Assembly: GCA_963663035.1 (NCBI GenBank)
Contig: OY760074.1
Location: 320,001 to 384,000 of the forward strand
Length of the DNA stretch: 64,000 bases
Source: Acidobacteriota bacterium
GTDB lineage: Bacteria > Acidobacteriota > UBA6911 > RPQK01 > JADFOI01
Direction of reading: 5' to 3'
The position numbers were made by a program, and so were the translations under genes. Position 1 is the stretch's first letter. Every line of letters starts with the position of its first letter. Positions 27,907-37,932 of this stretch are shown one piece after another. Below the pieces are notes generated by a model. It made no database searches. It saw only the letters and a program-made list of their open reading frames with translations, and was not told the origin of the DNA.

Positions 27907-28592
27907 GTGTCGCCTCCACAAGAGGATGGATCTGCCGCAGTGACATCTGCAAACACGAAGCCATCTCTCTCGGTGATTTCTCCTACCGAGATCTCGAGCG
28001 GGTACTCAAACATGGGGCCTGCGTAGACAAAAGAGTGAAACTCTCCGTTCTCACCGCAGGGATCGACATCAGGCGGCAGTTCCTCCAGGAGCAGCGGATC
28101 AAAATCTCTGCCCGCGAAGTCGCCGCTGAGTTGTTTGGGATTGATGCAGGTCAGTTTGGCCCGCAGTCCCGAGTCGATCATTTGCTGAGCCAGAAGGCGA
28201 GTGGGAGACTGCCACAGGGGAAAGATTGCCTCTAACCGGGTGTTTTTCAGCTGATTGAGGCGGTACTGCCGTACGTCTTCTAGGAACAGATCCCCGAAAG
28301 CGATGGCTTCCACTCCACTTTTTGCCGCCTCAGCCCAGATTCTCTCCATGATCGTCTCATACTGGGCATTGGAGCAGGGCCAGGGGAGGGAAACGATGTG
28401 AAGAGGCAACCCAGCGGCTTTGGCCTGCGCCTCCAGCAGGACACGGCGCACAGCGTGCATGGCCACCCGATCGAAAGTTTTGTTGAGTGTCGTGAACAGA
28501 CCGCAGACTTCCCACTCCCCTTTCTCTCGCAACTGGTGCAAAGTCCAGGCGCTGTCTTTACCGCTGCTCCAGGAAAGCCAAACCTTCTTCAT
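27903..28592 (-). CDS. DUF71/COG2102 (Dph6-like) ATP pyrophosphatase / adenine nucleotide alpha hydrolase
   Basis: PP-loop WSSGKDS, RVAMH, FGDLFLEDVRQYR, DPCGENGEFHSFV. Confidence 0.88.
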   Translation of the reverse strand: MKKVWLSWSSGKDSAWTLHQLREKGEWEVCGLFTTLNKTFDRVAMHAVRRVLLEAQAKAAGLPLHIVSLPWPCSNAQYETIMERIWAEAAKSGVEAIAFGDLFLEDVRQYRLNQLKNTRLEAIFPLWQSPTRLLAQQMIDSGLRAKLTCINPKQLSGDFAGRDFDPLLLEELPPDVDPCGENGEFHSFVYAGPMFEYPLEISVGEITERDGFVFADVTAADPSSCGGDT

Positions 28593-29173
28593 GAGAGCGG
28601 AACCTGAGTTGTCCCTCCCACTCGCTCTTGTGGGAGAACCGCACGGGTCAACCAGGCATGCAGACCAAACAGTAGACCGGCGTAAGCCACATCGCTGGTC
28701 ATGCTTCGGCCAAAGTAGGGAAGACCCGCCATGTAACATGCCATGAGCCCGGATAGAGTGAGCGGGAAGACCGAGATTCCCGACACCCACAGTCCGAAAT
28801 TGCTGATCAGAAAAAACTGCGTACTCCCCAAAAGAGCCGCTCCTCCGATGCGCCAGGGATTTTCAGTTCTCCGCAGATGGGAGCCGATCCAGACATTGAC
28901 TAAAAAGCTGCCACAGACAAAAGGAGTGACAATGGTAAAGGAGGGATAGCCGAAGATTCGTCCCATGATGGGATCGGTGACTACAATAATGATCAAGGGA
29001 ATGCTATAGGCTTGCCAGCCGCGCAGGCGAGCTCCCGCGAAGATGCTAAATCCTCCCACCGGGCTCATGTTAGGGAGGTGGGGGACCAGCCGAAGCAGCG
29101 CACCCATCAGGGTCAAACCCAGAGCCAGGGGGCGCCGGTTACTTTTATCGTTTATAAGAGTCTGTCTTTTCAT
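28589..29173 (-). CDS. DUF6580-like putative cobalamin transport membrane protein
   Basis: RLVPHLPNMSPVG, FFLISNFGLW, CYMAGLPYF; about 6 TMs; inside the B12 operon. Confidence 0.7.
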   Translation of the reverse strand: MKRQTLINDKSNRRPLALGLTLMGALLRLVPHLPNMSPVGGFSIFAGARLRGWQAYSIPLIIIVVTDPIMGRIFGYPSFTIVTPFVCGSFLVNVWIGSHLRRTENPWRIGGAALLGSTQFFLISNFGLWVSGISVFPLTLSGLMACYMAGLPYFGRSMTSDVAYAGLLFGLHAWLTRAVLPQERVGGTTQVPLS

Positions 29174-29199
29174 CGATTATCTCCTGTCCTAATAACTAC

Positions 29200-31197
29200 T
29201 TAGAAGGTCACTTCAAGACCGGCCGTCAGACTTCTTCCCAGTGATTCGAAACCGGCAGGTTCCGAATACCTCCTGTTGAAGATGTTCTCACCGCGGAATA
29301 CCAGCGCCACGTCGCTTGGTGAGTCCGAGAGTTGCACGACTGGGATGGTCACACCAACGTCCACCTTCCAGTAGCCGGGTAAGACCACTCGCGAGCTGCT
29401 AAAATCGGGAAGGAACAGCCTGTCATCCCGTTTGCCCTTGTACTTGAAATCGATTCGGAGGTTGTATCGGGTCTTTCGAAACTGTGCGTACACTCCTCCA
29501 GCGTGCCTGGGACGTCTGAGGAGTTGCTCACCTTCCACGAAATTCCCGCCTGGAACAGTTCCAGCGTCAGTCACCTTGGTGTCAGTCAGGGTGTAGTGGG
29601 CACCTAAACGAAGTTCTCCTGTGGGCGCGATGAAACCTTCCAGTTCCACTCCCTGGCTTCTGGCCTTTTCCACATTGATGTAGTTTGGGCTTCCCGGCGC
29701 CACTGCGAAGCTGAACTCAATGAGATCGCTGAACCGGTTGAAAAAAACCGTTCCCGATACGCCTGTTCCACCATTTTTGGAGAAGTAGTCGAGGCCGAAA
29801 TCGGTGGCAAGATTCTTCTCGGTCTGGAGAGCTTCATTTCCCACAATGCCGAAGTTGGGCAATCCCACGATCTCGATGAAATTGGGTGCCCGAAAGCCGT
29901 TCCCCAGGCTTGTCCGAAGCTTGAACTGGTCTTTGATCAGATATCCCATCGAGACACTGCCGGTGGCAAAACTCTCAAAGCGGTCATTGTTGTCATAACG
30001 TCCACCCACGGTCAGGAAAAACCGGTCGGCCCAGGAAAACTGCTCCTGAAGGTAGAGGCCAACGCTTCGCCGGGCCAGATCGGCAGTTTCTGATGCTTCC
30101 CTCTCATAGGAAACTCCGGCCGTGATCATATTTCGGGGGTCCACTTGAAAGTTGTTCTGCCAGTCGAGGTAATTTCTGTTCTCAATGGATTCGAATTCGT
30201 CATCAGAAAAATCCGCGATGGAGTCTTCGAGCTGAATGTTCCGAGAGACTTTTCTGTGATAGCCATAGTGAACCTTGGTGCTGTAGCGGTTGCTCAACAG
30301 ATTCTCGTAGGAGGCTGAATAGAGGGATTCTTGGGTTGTTCGAAAATCGTTGGGGTCAACGACTGCCCCGGTGCCGTCGGTTGGAAGGTGAAGTTCACTG
30401 TCCAGGTAGCGAACATTGCCCGAGATGGATGAGGAGGAGGTCAGGTCAAAGGATGTGTTGGCTGAGAGTTCGAGCTTGTCGTATTGATTGTTGAGCTCAT
30501 GCAGACCATCCGATTGGGAGTAGTGACCGCCCAGCGAGTAATGGAGTTTCTCAGCTTCCCCCTGGATGGCTCCCCGGACAAGGTAGGTGTTGAAGGTTCC
30601 GCCTTCCAACCTGAGGTTGCCCGAGGGCTTTCCCTCTCCTTTGCGGGTGATGATGTGGATGGTTGAAGTCATCGCATCTGCTCCATAGAGAACAGAGGAA
30701 GGACCTCGAACGATTTCGATTCGCTCAATATTGGTGGTGGTCAGGTCGGCAAAATCGAAGGTTCCACCCGGTTGGTTCACCTGTACACCGTCAATGAGAA
30801 CCAAATTGAAATCACTCTCTCCTCCTCGCACAAAGACCGAGCCGGTTCCCCCGAAAGAACCTGTGCGGGCAACGTTGAGTCCAGGGACGGTCTCCAGAAC
30901 TTGGAGGACGTCTCGGGCGCCTTGAGCTTCGATATCCTCAGCAGTGATGAGGGTCAGCGACTGGCCAATCTCGCGGAGCTCAGTTGGGGCTCGCGTCGCT
31001 GTCACAGTGACTTCATGATGAATCTGAGGAAGCTTCTGTCCAGAGCTTTCTTCTTGGACAGCAGTGGAAGCTTCCTGCGATTCTTGTGATTCGGGATCCA
31101 GAGACTGTCCCCTGGTGACCCCCGTTGCGATCAGTATGAGGGCTAGGGTGAGAAACGGATGTGTCAGTCGGATCTTCATTTTCATACTCCTTTGCAT
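29200..31197 (-). CDS. btuB: TonB-dependent receptor, BtuB-like
   Basis: VTVTATR TonB-box region, VLIDGV, IERIEIVRGPSSVLYG, ENIFNRRY, C-terminal F; downstream of a cobalamin riboswitch. Confidence 0.85.
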   Translation of the reverse strand: MQRSMKMKIRLTHPFLTLALILIATGVTRGQSLDPESQESQEASTAVQEESSGQKLPQIHHEVTVTATRAPTELREIGQSLTLITAEDIEAQGARDVLQVLETVPGLNVARTGSFGGTGSVFVRGGESDFNLVLIDGVQVNQPGGTFDFADLTTTNIERIEIVRGPSSVLYGADAMTSTIHIITRKGEGKPSGNLRLEGGTFNTYLVRGAIQGEAEKLHYSLGGHYSQSDGLHELNNQYDKLELSANTSFDLTSSSSISGNVRYLDSELHLPTDGTGAVVDPNDFRTTQESLYSASYENLLSNRYSTKVHYGYHRKVSRNIQLEDSIADFSDDEFESIENRNYLDWQNNFQVDPRNMITAGVSYEREASETADLARRSVGLYLQEQFSWADRFFLTVGGRYDNNDRFESFATGSVSMGYLIKDQFKLRTSLGNGFRAPNFIEIVGLPNFGIVGNEALQTEKNLATDFGLDYFSKNGGTGVSGTVFFNRFSDLIEFSFAVAPGSPNYINVEKARSQGVELEGFIAPTGELRLGAHYTLTDTKVTDAGTVPGGNFVEGEQLLRRPRHAGGVYAQFRKTRYNLRIDFKYKGKRDDRLFLPDFSSSRVVLPGYWKVDVGVTIPVVQLSDSPSDVALVFRGENIFNRRYSEPAGFESLGRSLTAGLEVTF

Positions 31198-31391
31198 TCT
31201 TGTAGTTGCGGCTCTCTTTCAGGATAGGGTTCTAGAAAGGGGCCTGGGAACGAGCGTTGTCGGGTCCGGATCAAATCAAATTAGGCTTGGATCCCGACTG
31301 GAGTGATGAGAAAAGAAGAGAATTGAAAATTCGGAAAGGATGCGATGCATGGTACCTCCTGACTTCCCCATCGGAAGCATTAAGAGGTCAC

Positions 31392-31540
31392 GATTGGATC
31401 GGTCTCCTGGCTGGCAGGGAGATCTCACGCCTTCCCATCCGCTCCTGGCGGACAGTGGCATCCTTGTGGATCTTTTCCCTGCTCACAGTTGCGAGGGCAG
31501 CGTCGGACTTTCACCGATCTTCCCGTTCTTCCAACCATGA
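31392..31540 (-). promoter_or_regulatory. Cobalamin riboswitch
   Basis: Minus strand reads GGGAA-gatcGGTGAAAGTCCgacgCTGCCCTCGCAACTGT...GCCACTG...GGGAAGG...AGCCAGGAGACC (B12-box). Confidence 0.92.
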
Positions 31541-31587
31541 CAAGTTAGTAAAACGTAGGAAACACACCATAGGGACTGGAAAAGAAG

Positions 31588-33567
31588 TTGTCAAGCCACT
31601 CTCCAATCGACAATCTCCGGGCACCTGGCTACAATGGTTCCGGTTTGAATCCCTATCTCAACCGGGTAATGATTCAGGATCCGGATCAGTTCTTTGGTCG
31701 ACGCCGTGAGGTCTCGCGAATCCTGTCCCGCATGGGGACTGAGCGTCCCCAGAGTGTCTCTGTGGTGGGTGACCGAAGGATCGGCAAGTCCTCCCTTCTC
31801 CACTACCTCACCTGGCCTCAGGTGCAACTGCAGCATCTCCGCGATCCTTCCGCCTTGGTGGTCGTGTCGCTGGATTTCCAGCAGTTGCGAATCGTATCCC
31901 TGGAAGCCTTTTTCTCGCTGTTGTTCAAGCAGATCCAAGTGGTGAAGCAGGACCTGGGCGATCCCGGACGGCCGGGCTACGGTGCCTTTCAGACGATTCT
32001 GGAAACCTTGGGTAAGGAAGGGAAAAAACTCATTTTTCTGTTTGATGAGTTTGACGCCATCACTTCCAACTCCGCATTCGACGGCGAGTTCTTTTCCTAC
32101 CTCCGATCTGCGGCCAACAACTACGCCGTGGCTTATGTGACATCTTCCAAAACGGAACTCCAGCGTCTCTGTCACTCTTCAGAGATTGCCGATTCTCCAT
32201 TCTTCAACATCTTCACCAACCTCTATCTGAAACCGTTTGAGAGAGAAGAAGCAGTTGAGCTGATCACCCGGCCTTCGGAGAAGCATGGGAGTCCCTTAGA
32301 TGCCTTTGTGGAAGAAATTATGGAATTGGCCGGACTCTTCCCTTTCTATTTACAGATTGCCTGTTCGATTTATTTCGATTGGCTGGAGGAAAATCCTTTT
32401 AAGCCCCTCAACGACCAGGAGATCGAGACCCGCTTTCTGGAAGAAGCGGGTTCTCACTTTGAGTACTTTTGGGAACACGCTGGGTCCCAGGCCAGAGAGG
32501 TGCTGACAGGCATCACCGAGGGAGTGCAACCCGGACCGGAAGAGGTTCACATCTGTCGGAGGTTCGTTCGGGAGGGATACCTGGTGGAAGAGGGTAAGGA
32601 GCTTCGAATCTTTTCGCGGGTCTTTGCTGATTACATCCGATCGGTGGAACATCTCAGCCGTGAAAACAAGCCTCCCCAGACTTCCAAAATGTCTCAGAGT
32701 AGCCGTCAGCTATCGCCTGGATTGAAAGTCAACCAATATGAGGTCCTGTTGAAACTGGGGGAGGGGGGCATGGGGGTTGTGTATCAGGCCCACGACACTG
32801 CTCTGGACCGCAAGGTGGCTTTGAAGGTCATCAAACCTGAACTGTTGCAACAGGAGAATGCTCGAAAAAGATTTCTCCAGGAAGCGAGATCAGCTGCTGC
32901 CCTGAACCATCCCGCCATCTGCGCTATTTATGAGCTTTTTGACTACGGGAATCAGGTTCTCCTGGTCATGGAATGGCTAGATGGCGAGACCCTCAGGGAC
33001 GAAGTGGATGAGGAAGGGCCTTTGGAGTGGAGGAAGCTGGTTCAGTGGTTGATCGAGGCTTGCGATGGGTTGGAAGTCGCTCATCAGCGACTCATGGTTC
33101 ATCGGGACATCAAGTCTTCAAATCTGATGATCACAACTGAGAACCATCTGAAGATTCTGGATTTTGGATTAGCAAAACATTGGGGACTGGAAAACGAGAG
33201 TACTCAGCTGACGGTTGAGGGCACCTTGGTGGGGACCCTGGGCTACGTTTCACCTGAGCAGGCTCGTGGCGACCCGGTGGATCAGCGCAGCGACCTGTTC
33301 TCCTTGGGTGTGGTGTTTTTCGAGGGCCTCACGGGAAAACTCCCCTTCCAGCGGAAAAGTACGACTGCCACACTGTACGCGATTGTGAATGAACCTGTTC
33401 CCGACCTGGCGCTTTACCAGATAGAGGATGCGGACAGGCTGGATCCTGTGATCAGAAAACTGCTGGAGAAAGCACCCGAAGACCGATATCAAAGCGCCGG
33501 GGAGTTGAAGAAAGACCTTAAACAACTGTTAAAAAAAGGAAGAGCCTTTCTTCCCTGGATCAAGTGA
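31588..33567 (+). CDS. P-loop ATPase (AAA_35/STAND-like) fused to C-terminal Hanks Ser/Thr kinase
   Basis: NPY...FFGR, Walker A GDRRIGKSS, Walker B IFLFDEFD; kinase GEGGMGVVY, VALK, HRDIKSSN, DFG, SPEQ; likely start TTG 31645 after TCGACA-N17-TACAAT. Confidence 0.88.
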   Translation: MSSHSPIDNLRAPGYNGSGLNPYLNRVMIQDPDQFFGRRREVSRILSRMGTERPQSVSVVGDRRIGKSSLLHYLTWPQVQLQHLRDPSALVVVSLDFQQLRIVSLEAFFSLLFKQIQVVKQDLGDPGRPGYGAFQTILETLGKEGKKLIFLFDEFDAITSNSAFDGEFFSYLRSAANNYAVAYVTSSKTELQRLCHSSEIADSPFFNIFTNLYLKPFEREEAVELITRPSEKHGSPLDAFVEEIMELAGLFPFYLQIACSIYFDWLEENPFKPLNDQEIETRFLEEAGSHFEYFWEHAGSQAREVLTGITEGVQPGPEEVHICRRFVREGYLVEEGKELRIFSRVFADYIRSVEHLSRENKPPQTSKMSQSSRQLSPGLKVNQYEVLLKLGEGGMGVVYQAHDTALDRKVALKVIKPELLQQENARKRFLQEARSAAALNHPAICAIYELFDYGNQVLLVMEWLDGETLRDEVDEEGPLEWRKLVQWLIEACDGLEVAHQRLMVHRDIKSSNLMITTENHLKILDFGLAKHWGLENESTQLTVEGTLVGTLGYVSPEQARGDPVDQRSDLFSLGVVFFEGLTGKLPFQRKSTTATLYAIVNEPVPDLALYQIEDADRLDPVIRKLLEKAPEDRYQSAGELKKDLKQLLKKGRAFLPWIK

Positions 33568-33587
33568 GGGGAGAGAGTTCGAGGCCC

Positions 33588-34772
33588 TCATAAGCGCCGC
33601 AGTTTGCGCCGGGCCTCCTTGATGGTATCTTCGAGCCCCTCCTGAGGGCCGGCCTGATCGAGCACCTGTTGGTAATATTCCTGGGCTTGAGCCTTTTCCC
33701 CTCTTTCGTTGTGAATTTCTGCCATGTGGAAATAGACTAAAGCTTCGGTTTCCGACTCCCCCTTGGGCTCCTCCAGGGCTTTGTTAAAGGCTTGAAGAGC
33801 CAGACCGTATTCACGAAGCTGTACATAGGTCTTTCCGATGCGGAAGTGAATCTCCCCTGCCTCAAGACCTGGAGCCTTATCGGGCAGTGTCTCGAGCAAG
33901 TTCTGATAGATCTCCAGCGCGGAATTGAAGTCGCTGAGTCTCAACTGATAGATCGCGGCCAGGTTGATGTCAAAAAGATAATTCTCAGGGTACTGCTCTC
34001 TCAGGTTCTGGAAAATCGCCACCGGCTGTAAAGGATCCCCTTTCCAGGAGTGCAGTAGGGCCAGCACCACTTGAGCGTCCAGCTGTCTATATTTCCCTTG
34101 CTCCGAAACCTGCTCAAGCCTCTCAAAGGCTCGCTCTTTGTCTCCCCGAATTCCGATCAGGAAGGCTAACCATTTGATGCTCCAGGGAAGGGTGGCTTTG
34201 GCAAATTCATTTCCGGCGATACTGACATTGGCATCCACAAAATTGGGGTCGAGCTCCAGAACCTCCTGGTGGACATTGTTGGCTTTCTTGCCGAAATTGA
34301 TGGCAGTTCCCGTACTCTTGGTGATGACGATGGCTTCACCCGCTAAGTTCTCGTAGGCAAGACCCTTGAAGTCGAGTGCCAACACGTCTTTGGGATTTTT
34401 CTCCAGAAGCCTTTCGCACAGAGCCAGAAGATTGTCGTTGGTCTCCCGGAAGTCTCGTATCTCTTGATTGATATCTTTGTGAGTCCGGCTCTTGGAAAAA
34501 GGAGTCGGGGTAGCATAGTCGTCGATGGCGAAATTGGCGGAAGCAAAGAGGAGCTTATTCCAGGTAGTAATGGACAACATCCCATATCCCACCGGATTAT
34601 CAGGGTACTCCCGGATGAGCTGATTGAAAATTCTCTCGGCTGCAGCGTAGTCTAGTCGGTAGATGGCATCCTGGCCCTCCCGTACACGCCGGTCCAAGGC
34701 ACTCTGATCCTGTCCCCAGAGCGAAGTTCCGATCAGGAGAAAAAGAGAGAAATAGAGTAGAAAGTCACGCAT
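33588..34772 (-). CDS. Secreted tetratricopeptide repeat protein
   Basis: Signal peptide; several TPR-like helical pairs (LEKNPKD, LELDPNFVDA, IHFRIGKTY...ALQAFNKAL). Confidence 0.8.
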   Translation of the reverse strand: MRDFLLYFSLFLLIGTSLWGQDQSALDRRVREGQDAIYRLDYAAAERIFNQLIREYPDNPVGYGMLSITTWNKLLFASANFAIDDYATPTPFSKSRTHKDINQEIRDFRETNDNLLALCERLLEKNPKDVLALDFKGLAYENLAGEAIVITKSTGTAINFGKKANNVHQEVLELDPNFVDANVSIAGNEFAKATLPWSIKWLAFLIGIRGDKERAFERLEQVSEQGKYRQLDAQVVLALLHSWKGDPLQPVAIFQNLREQYPENYLFDINLAAIYQLRLSDFNSALEIYQNLLETLPDKAPGLEAGEIHFRIGKTYVQLREYGLALQAFNKALEEPKGESETEALVYFHMAEIHNERGEKAQAQEYYQQVLDQAGPQEGLEDTIKEARRKLRRL

Positions 34773-34837
34773 CGATTTACCGTGAGTATACCACCGAACT
34801 CCCCCGAACTTCCCCGAATTCCTGCTGACTTGCTCTG

Positions 34838-37024
34838 TTGGCAGAAAAGGTCAAGAATGAAGGCCAAAGTAGACTTCCTATGAAGGGGCAAAAGGCAGTC
34901 AACATCCTTCTATTTCTTGTCTTGATCCTGCTGGCCGGTGTTGAGCTGTTCTTCATCTACAACCAGACCCTCTATTTCTCCGAGGCCTGGTTTCTCCTTC
35001 TCCTGGTGCTCCTGGGCTTCATTGGGCTGGTGATGCGGCGGTACGATCCCATCGTCGTCGTGCTGTGTCTCCTTCTGGCTTCTCTGTCGGTTCTGGTCAG
35101 TTTCGTGGTCCCGGGAGAACTGCTGGTTCTGGGGGGGTGGCTGGGTACCCTGTGCGCGTTTTTCTGGAGCATGCTGTTGCGGCTCTTTCCGTTTGTTTTT
35201 GTCCACTTCTCTCTCATCTTCCCGGTGACCAGTGAATGGGTTTATCAAAGGCCCCGTCGCCTGGCTCTGCTCTATCTGCCTTACGGGATCTTGCTGGTCT
35301 GTGAGCAGATTCAGGCGACCCGAGACATCAGTGACTTTGTTGCTATTGCCTCGATGCCACTGGGCTTCGTCCTGGGGATGGCCATTTTTGTTCGGCAATA
35401 TCTTTATTCTCTCAGCACTGCTGAAAGAAATCGGCTTCAAGTCATCCTCATCGGTTGCCTGGCTGGAGGTGTTCCCCAGATTTTATCCCTCTTTGGCAGC
35501 GCTCAACTGCCTCCAGTCATGGGGCAACTCGCCTATTTCTTACTGCCCCTGTTCCCTCTTTCTCTGGTCTTTGCTGTCCTGAAAGAAAACTTTTCAGACA
35601 TCCGGCGTGTCTCCCAACATCTCCTTGTCTATTCCTTGGTGAGCGCAGGAGTCCTGACTGGTTTTTTGAATTCTTCTATCGGACTGGCCTTCTTTTCAGG
35701 CCAAGAGCTGCAATTGGGGCTAAGCTCCCTACTGATTCCCCTGGCCCTTTCACTGGTCCTCCTTTACCCTCTCCAGCGCTGGGCTGGAGCTTACGTTTCC
35801 GCTCACTTCCATACCCAGGAAAGTGGCGGGAAGGAAGACCGCAGTGCGCTGAAGAGATTCCATCCCATTCAACCTAATCCTTACATCGTCGGGAACCCGG
35901 TACGCTCTCCCGAGATGTTCTTCGGAAGAGAGGAAGAATTCCAATTTATTCGGGTCAAGCTGGAGAACCAACCCCAAGGCTGCGTGATTGTTTTGCATGG
36001 GGAGAGGCGAACGGGAAAGACTTCCATTTTATACCAGGTTGTCAATGGACGTTTGGGGCCGAGCTTTCTTCCCGTTTTCCTGGACATGCAGGGCCTGGTG
36101 GTGAATGAAGACCAAGAGTTTCTACAGGCTCTGGCAGCCAAGATTGCAAGTGCCCTTTCCGAAAGGGATCCCTCCTTCAAGCCCATCCAACCCCAATCCA
36201 TTACCAGTTACCTCGACTTCAGCGGCTTTCTGGATTCCGTTTTCCGGCGGACAGGAGAACTGCGCTTGGTCTTGCTGGTGGACGAATATGAACTGATTTC
36301 GGAAAAGATCAAGGAGGGAAAACTCAGTGGTGAGATGTATGGCTATCTCAACAGCCTTCTGGAACGCTATCCCCACTTATCTTTTGTGTTCACTGGTTCT
36401 CAAAAACTGGAGGCCAACCCTCCCTGGAGCCCTCTGCTGGGAAAGTCCTCTTACCGCGAGATTACTTTTCTGGGTCGCAAGGATGCCGAGGAGTTAGTCT
36501 GCGCGCCTGTTCGAGAGAAGGTGTTTTTCAGACCTGGATCGGTGAAGGATCTTCTACGTCTGACCAACGGACATCCCTTCTTTACCCAGCTGCTTTGTCA
36601 AACCATGGTCGAAGTATTAAACGAGCTTCAAACCAACGTGGTGGACCGAAAGATCGGCGAAGCGGTTGTGCAGAGGGCTGTGGAGAATCCACCGCCTCAG
36701 CTCTTGTATCAATGGGCGGGTTTCTCCGGATCAGAAAAGCTGGTTTTGTCGGCTCTGGCAACTTTGCTCAAAACGCCGCAAGGTTATGTCTCTGCCAATC
36801 GGATCGATCGGTCAATTCGCTCTCTTCCTGAGGATCAGCGACAACAGCTCGATAGAGCGCACACCTCCATGAAGCTTGAGGCCTTGCGCCAACGCCTGCT
36901 GTTGGATCGTGATCAAACCCGCTACCGCTTCAGAATGGATTTGCTGCGCCTTTGGATTCAAGTTGAACACAATGTCTGGAATGTTTTGAACGAAATTGCG
37001 GAGACGCTGACCGCTGACAACTGA
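34838..37024 (+). CDS. Polytopic membrane protein fused to C-terminal P-loop ATPase (paralogous to the ATPase at 31588)
   Basis: About 9 N-terminal TMs; NPYIVGNPV...FFGREEE, GERRTGKTS, VLLVDEYE, GHPFFTQLLC. Confidence 0.85.
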   Translation: MAEKVKNEGQSRLPMKGQKAVNILLFLVLILLAGVELFFIYNQTLYFSEAWFLLLLVLLGFIGLVMRRYDPIVVVLCLLLASLSVLVSFVVPGELLVLGGWLGTLCAFFWSMLLRLFPFVFVHFSLIFPVTSEWVYQRPRRLALLYLPYGILLVCEQIQATRDISDFVAIASMPLGFVLGMAIFVRQYLYSLSTAERNRLQVILIGCLAGGVPQILSLFGSAQLPPVMGQLAYFLLPLFPLSLVFAVLKENFSDIRRVSQHLLVYSLVSAGVLTGFLNSSIGLAFFSGQELQLGLSSLLIPLALSLVLLYPLQRWAGAYVSAHFHTQESGGKEDRSALKRFHPIQPNPYIVGNPVRSPEMFFGREEEFQFIRVKLENQPQGCVIVLHGERRTGKTSILYQVVNGRLGPSFLPVFLDMQGLVVNEDQEFLQALAAKIASALSERDPSFKPIQPQSITSYLDFSGFLDSVFRRTGELRLVLLVDEYELISEKIKEGKLSGEMYGYLNSLLERYPHLSFVFTGSQKLEANPPWSPLLGKSSYREITFLGRKDAEELVCAPVREKVFFRPGSVKDLLRLTNGHPFFTQLLCQTMVEVLNELQTNVVDRKIGEAVVQRAVENPPPQLLYQWAGFSGSEKLVLSALATLLKTPQGYVSANRIDRSIRSLPEDQRQQLDRAHTSMKLEALRQRLLLDRDQTRYRFRMDLLRLWIQVEHNVWNVLNEIAETLTADN

Positions 37025-37118
37025 CCGCTGACAGCTGACCACTGACCACTGACAATAGACAAAAGACAGATGTCTCCTGCCTCCTGACTCCTGACTCCTA
37101 CCTTCTTCTTCTAACTTC
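37006..37118. repeat. Heptamer tandem repeats (RCTGACM and CTCCTGA types)
   Basis: GCTGACC GCTGACA ACTGACC GCTGACA GCTGACC ACTGACC ACTGACA, then CTCCTGC CTCCTGA CTCCTGA CTCCTAC. Confidence 0.75.
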
Positions 37119-37147
37119 TTGACACTCTTTGGGTGGCTACTTATTAT
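37119..37147 (+). promoter_or_regulatory. Sigma70 promoter of ihf-merR
   Basis: TTGACA-N17-TATTAT. Confidence 0.6.
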
Positions 37148-37197
37148 GAAGGTTAGGTGCGCGTCCCAAGGAAATTTCGGGCAAGAAGGCATCCATT

Positions 37198-37464
37198 GTG
37201 ATCAAAGCCGACCTGGCGAAAGTTGTTTACGAGAGGCACGGAGGGATTTCCTTCCGGGAAGCAAAGGATGTGGTGGAGTTGATTCTCGGAGTCATGAAGG
37301 GAAGCCTGGTAGGTGGCGAGAATGTGAAGCTGTCTGGATTTGGTACTCTCAATGTGGCCCAGCGCAAAGGGCGGCTGGGCCGGAACCCTCAAACGGGTGA
37401 TCGTATGAAGCTCGCAGCCAGCAGATACGTCACCTTCCGACCGTCTGGTCTTCATAGTTTTTAG
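37198..37464 (+). CDS. ihfA: Integration host factor/HU family DNA-binding protein (IHF alpha-like)
   Basis: KADLA, VKLSGFG, GRNPQTG, VTFRPS; typical ihfA-merR adjacency. Confidence 0.8.
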   Translation: MIKADLAKVVYERHGGISFREAKDVVELILGVMKGSLVGGENVKLSGFGTLNVAQRKGRLGRNPQTGDRMKLAASRYVTFRPSGLHSF

Positions 37465-37475
37465 TTTCTTTCGCA

Positions 37476-37826
37476 ATGGCGGTAATCCGCAAGAAGCTCT
37501 TCTATAAAATCGGTGACGTTTGCCGGCTTTGCTCCATCCAGCCGTATGTGTTGCGTTACTGGGAGACCGAATTTGCCCTGCTGTCTCCCGCCAAGAACAG
37601 GGCGGGACAGCGTATTTACCGGGAAAAAGATCTGCAGCTGATCCAGGCGATTAAACAACTGCTTTACGATGAGGGCTATACCATTGCAGGAGCCAATCGG
37701 AAACTTCTCGACGATGGAAAATCTGACCTTCCTTTATTCAAGCAGAGTTTAAAAGTGGATCACACAAAGTCCCTCTCGGAGATTCAAAAGGAACTGGAAG
37801 AGGTGCTGACCATCCTGGAGGATTAG
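37476..37826 (+). CDS. MerR family transcriptional regulator
   Basis: [29 protein letters not shown]. Confidence 0.9.
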   Translation: MAVIRKKLFYKIGDVCRLCSIQPYVLRYWETEFALLSPAKNRAGQRIYREKDLQLIQAIKQLLYDEGYTIAGANRKLLDDGKSDLPLFKQSLKVDHTKSLSEIQKELEEVLTILED

Positions 37827-37879
37827 CCCGCACTTCTCACACCTATTCCTGGCCTCGCCTTGACTTTCAACCCATACTA

Positions 37880-37911
37880 ATAGAAAATTTAGTCGTGCCT
37901 AAATTTTCTAT
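37880..37911. promoter_or_regulatory. Palindromic operator, DtxR/MntR-like box
   Basis: Perfect 13-bp inverted repeat ATAGAAAATTTAG-TCGTGC-CTAAATTTTCTAT just upstream of the oxidase ATG. Confidence 0.65.
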
Positions 37912-37932
37912 GTCAAAGTGAGGCCTACACAT

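Noticed and set aside
31257-31709. 150-aa ORF
   Set aside because: Antisense to the cobalamin riboswitch, with no protein-like features
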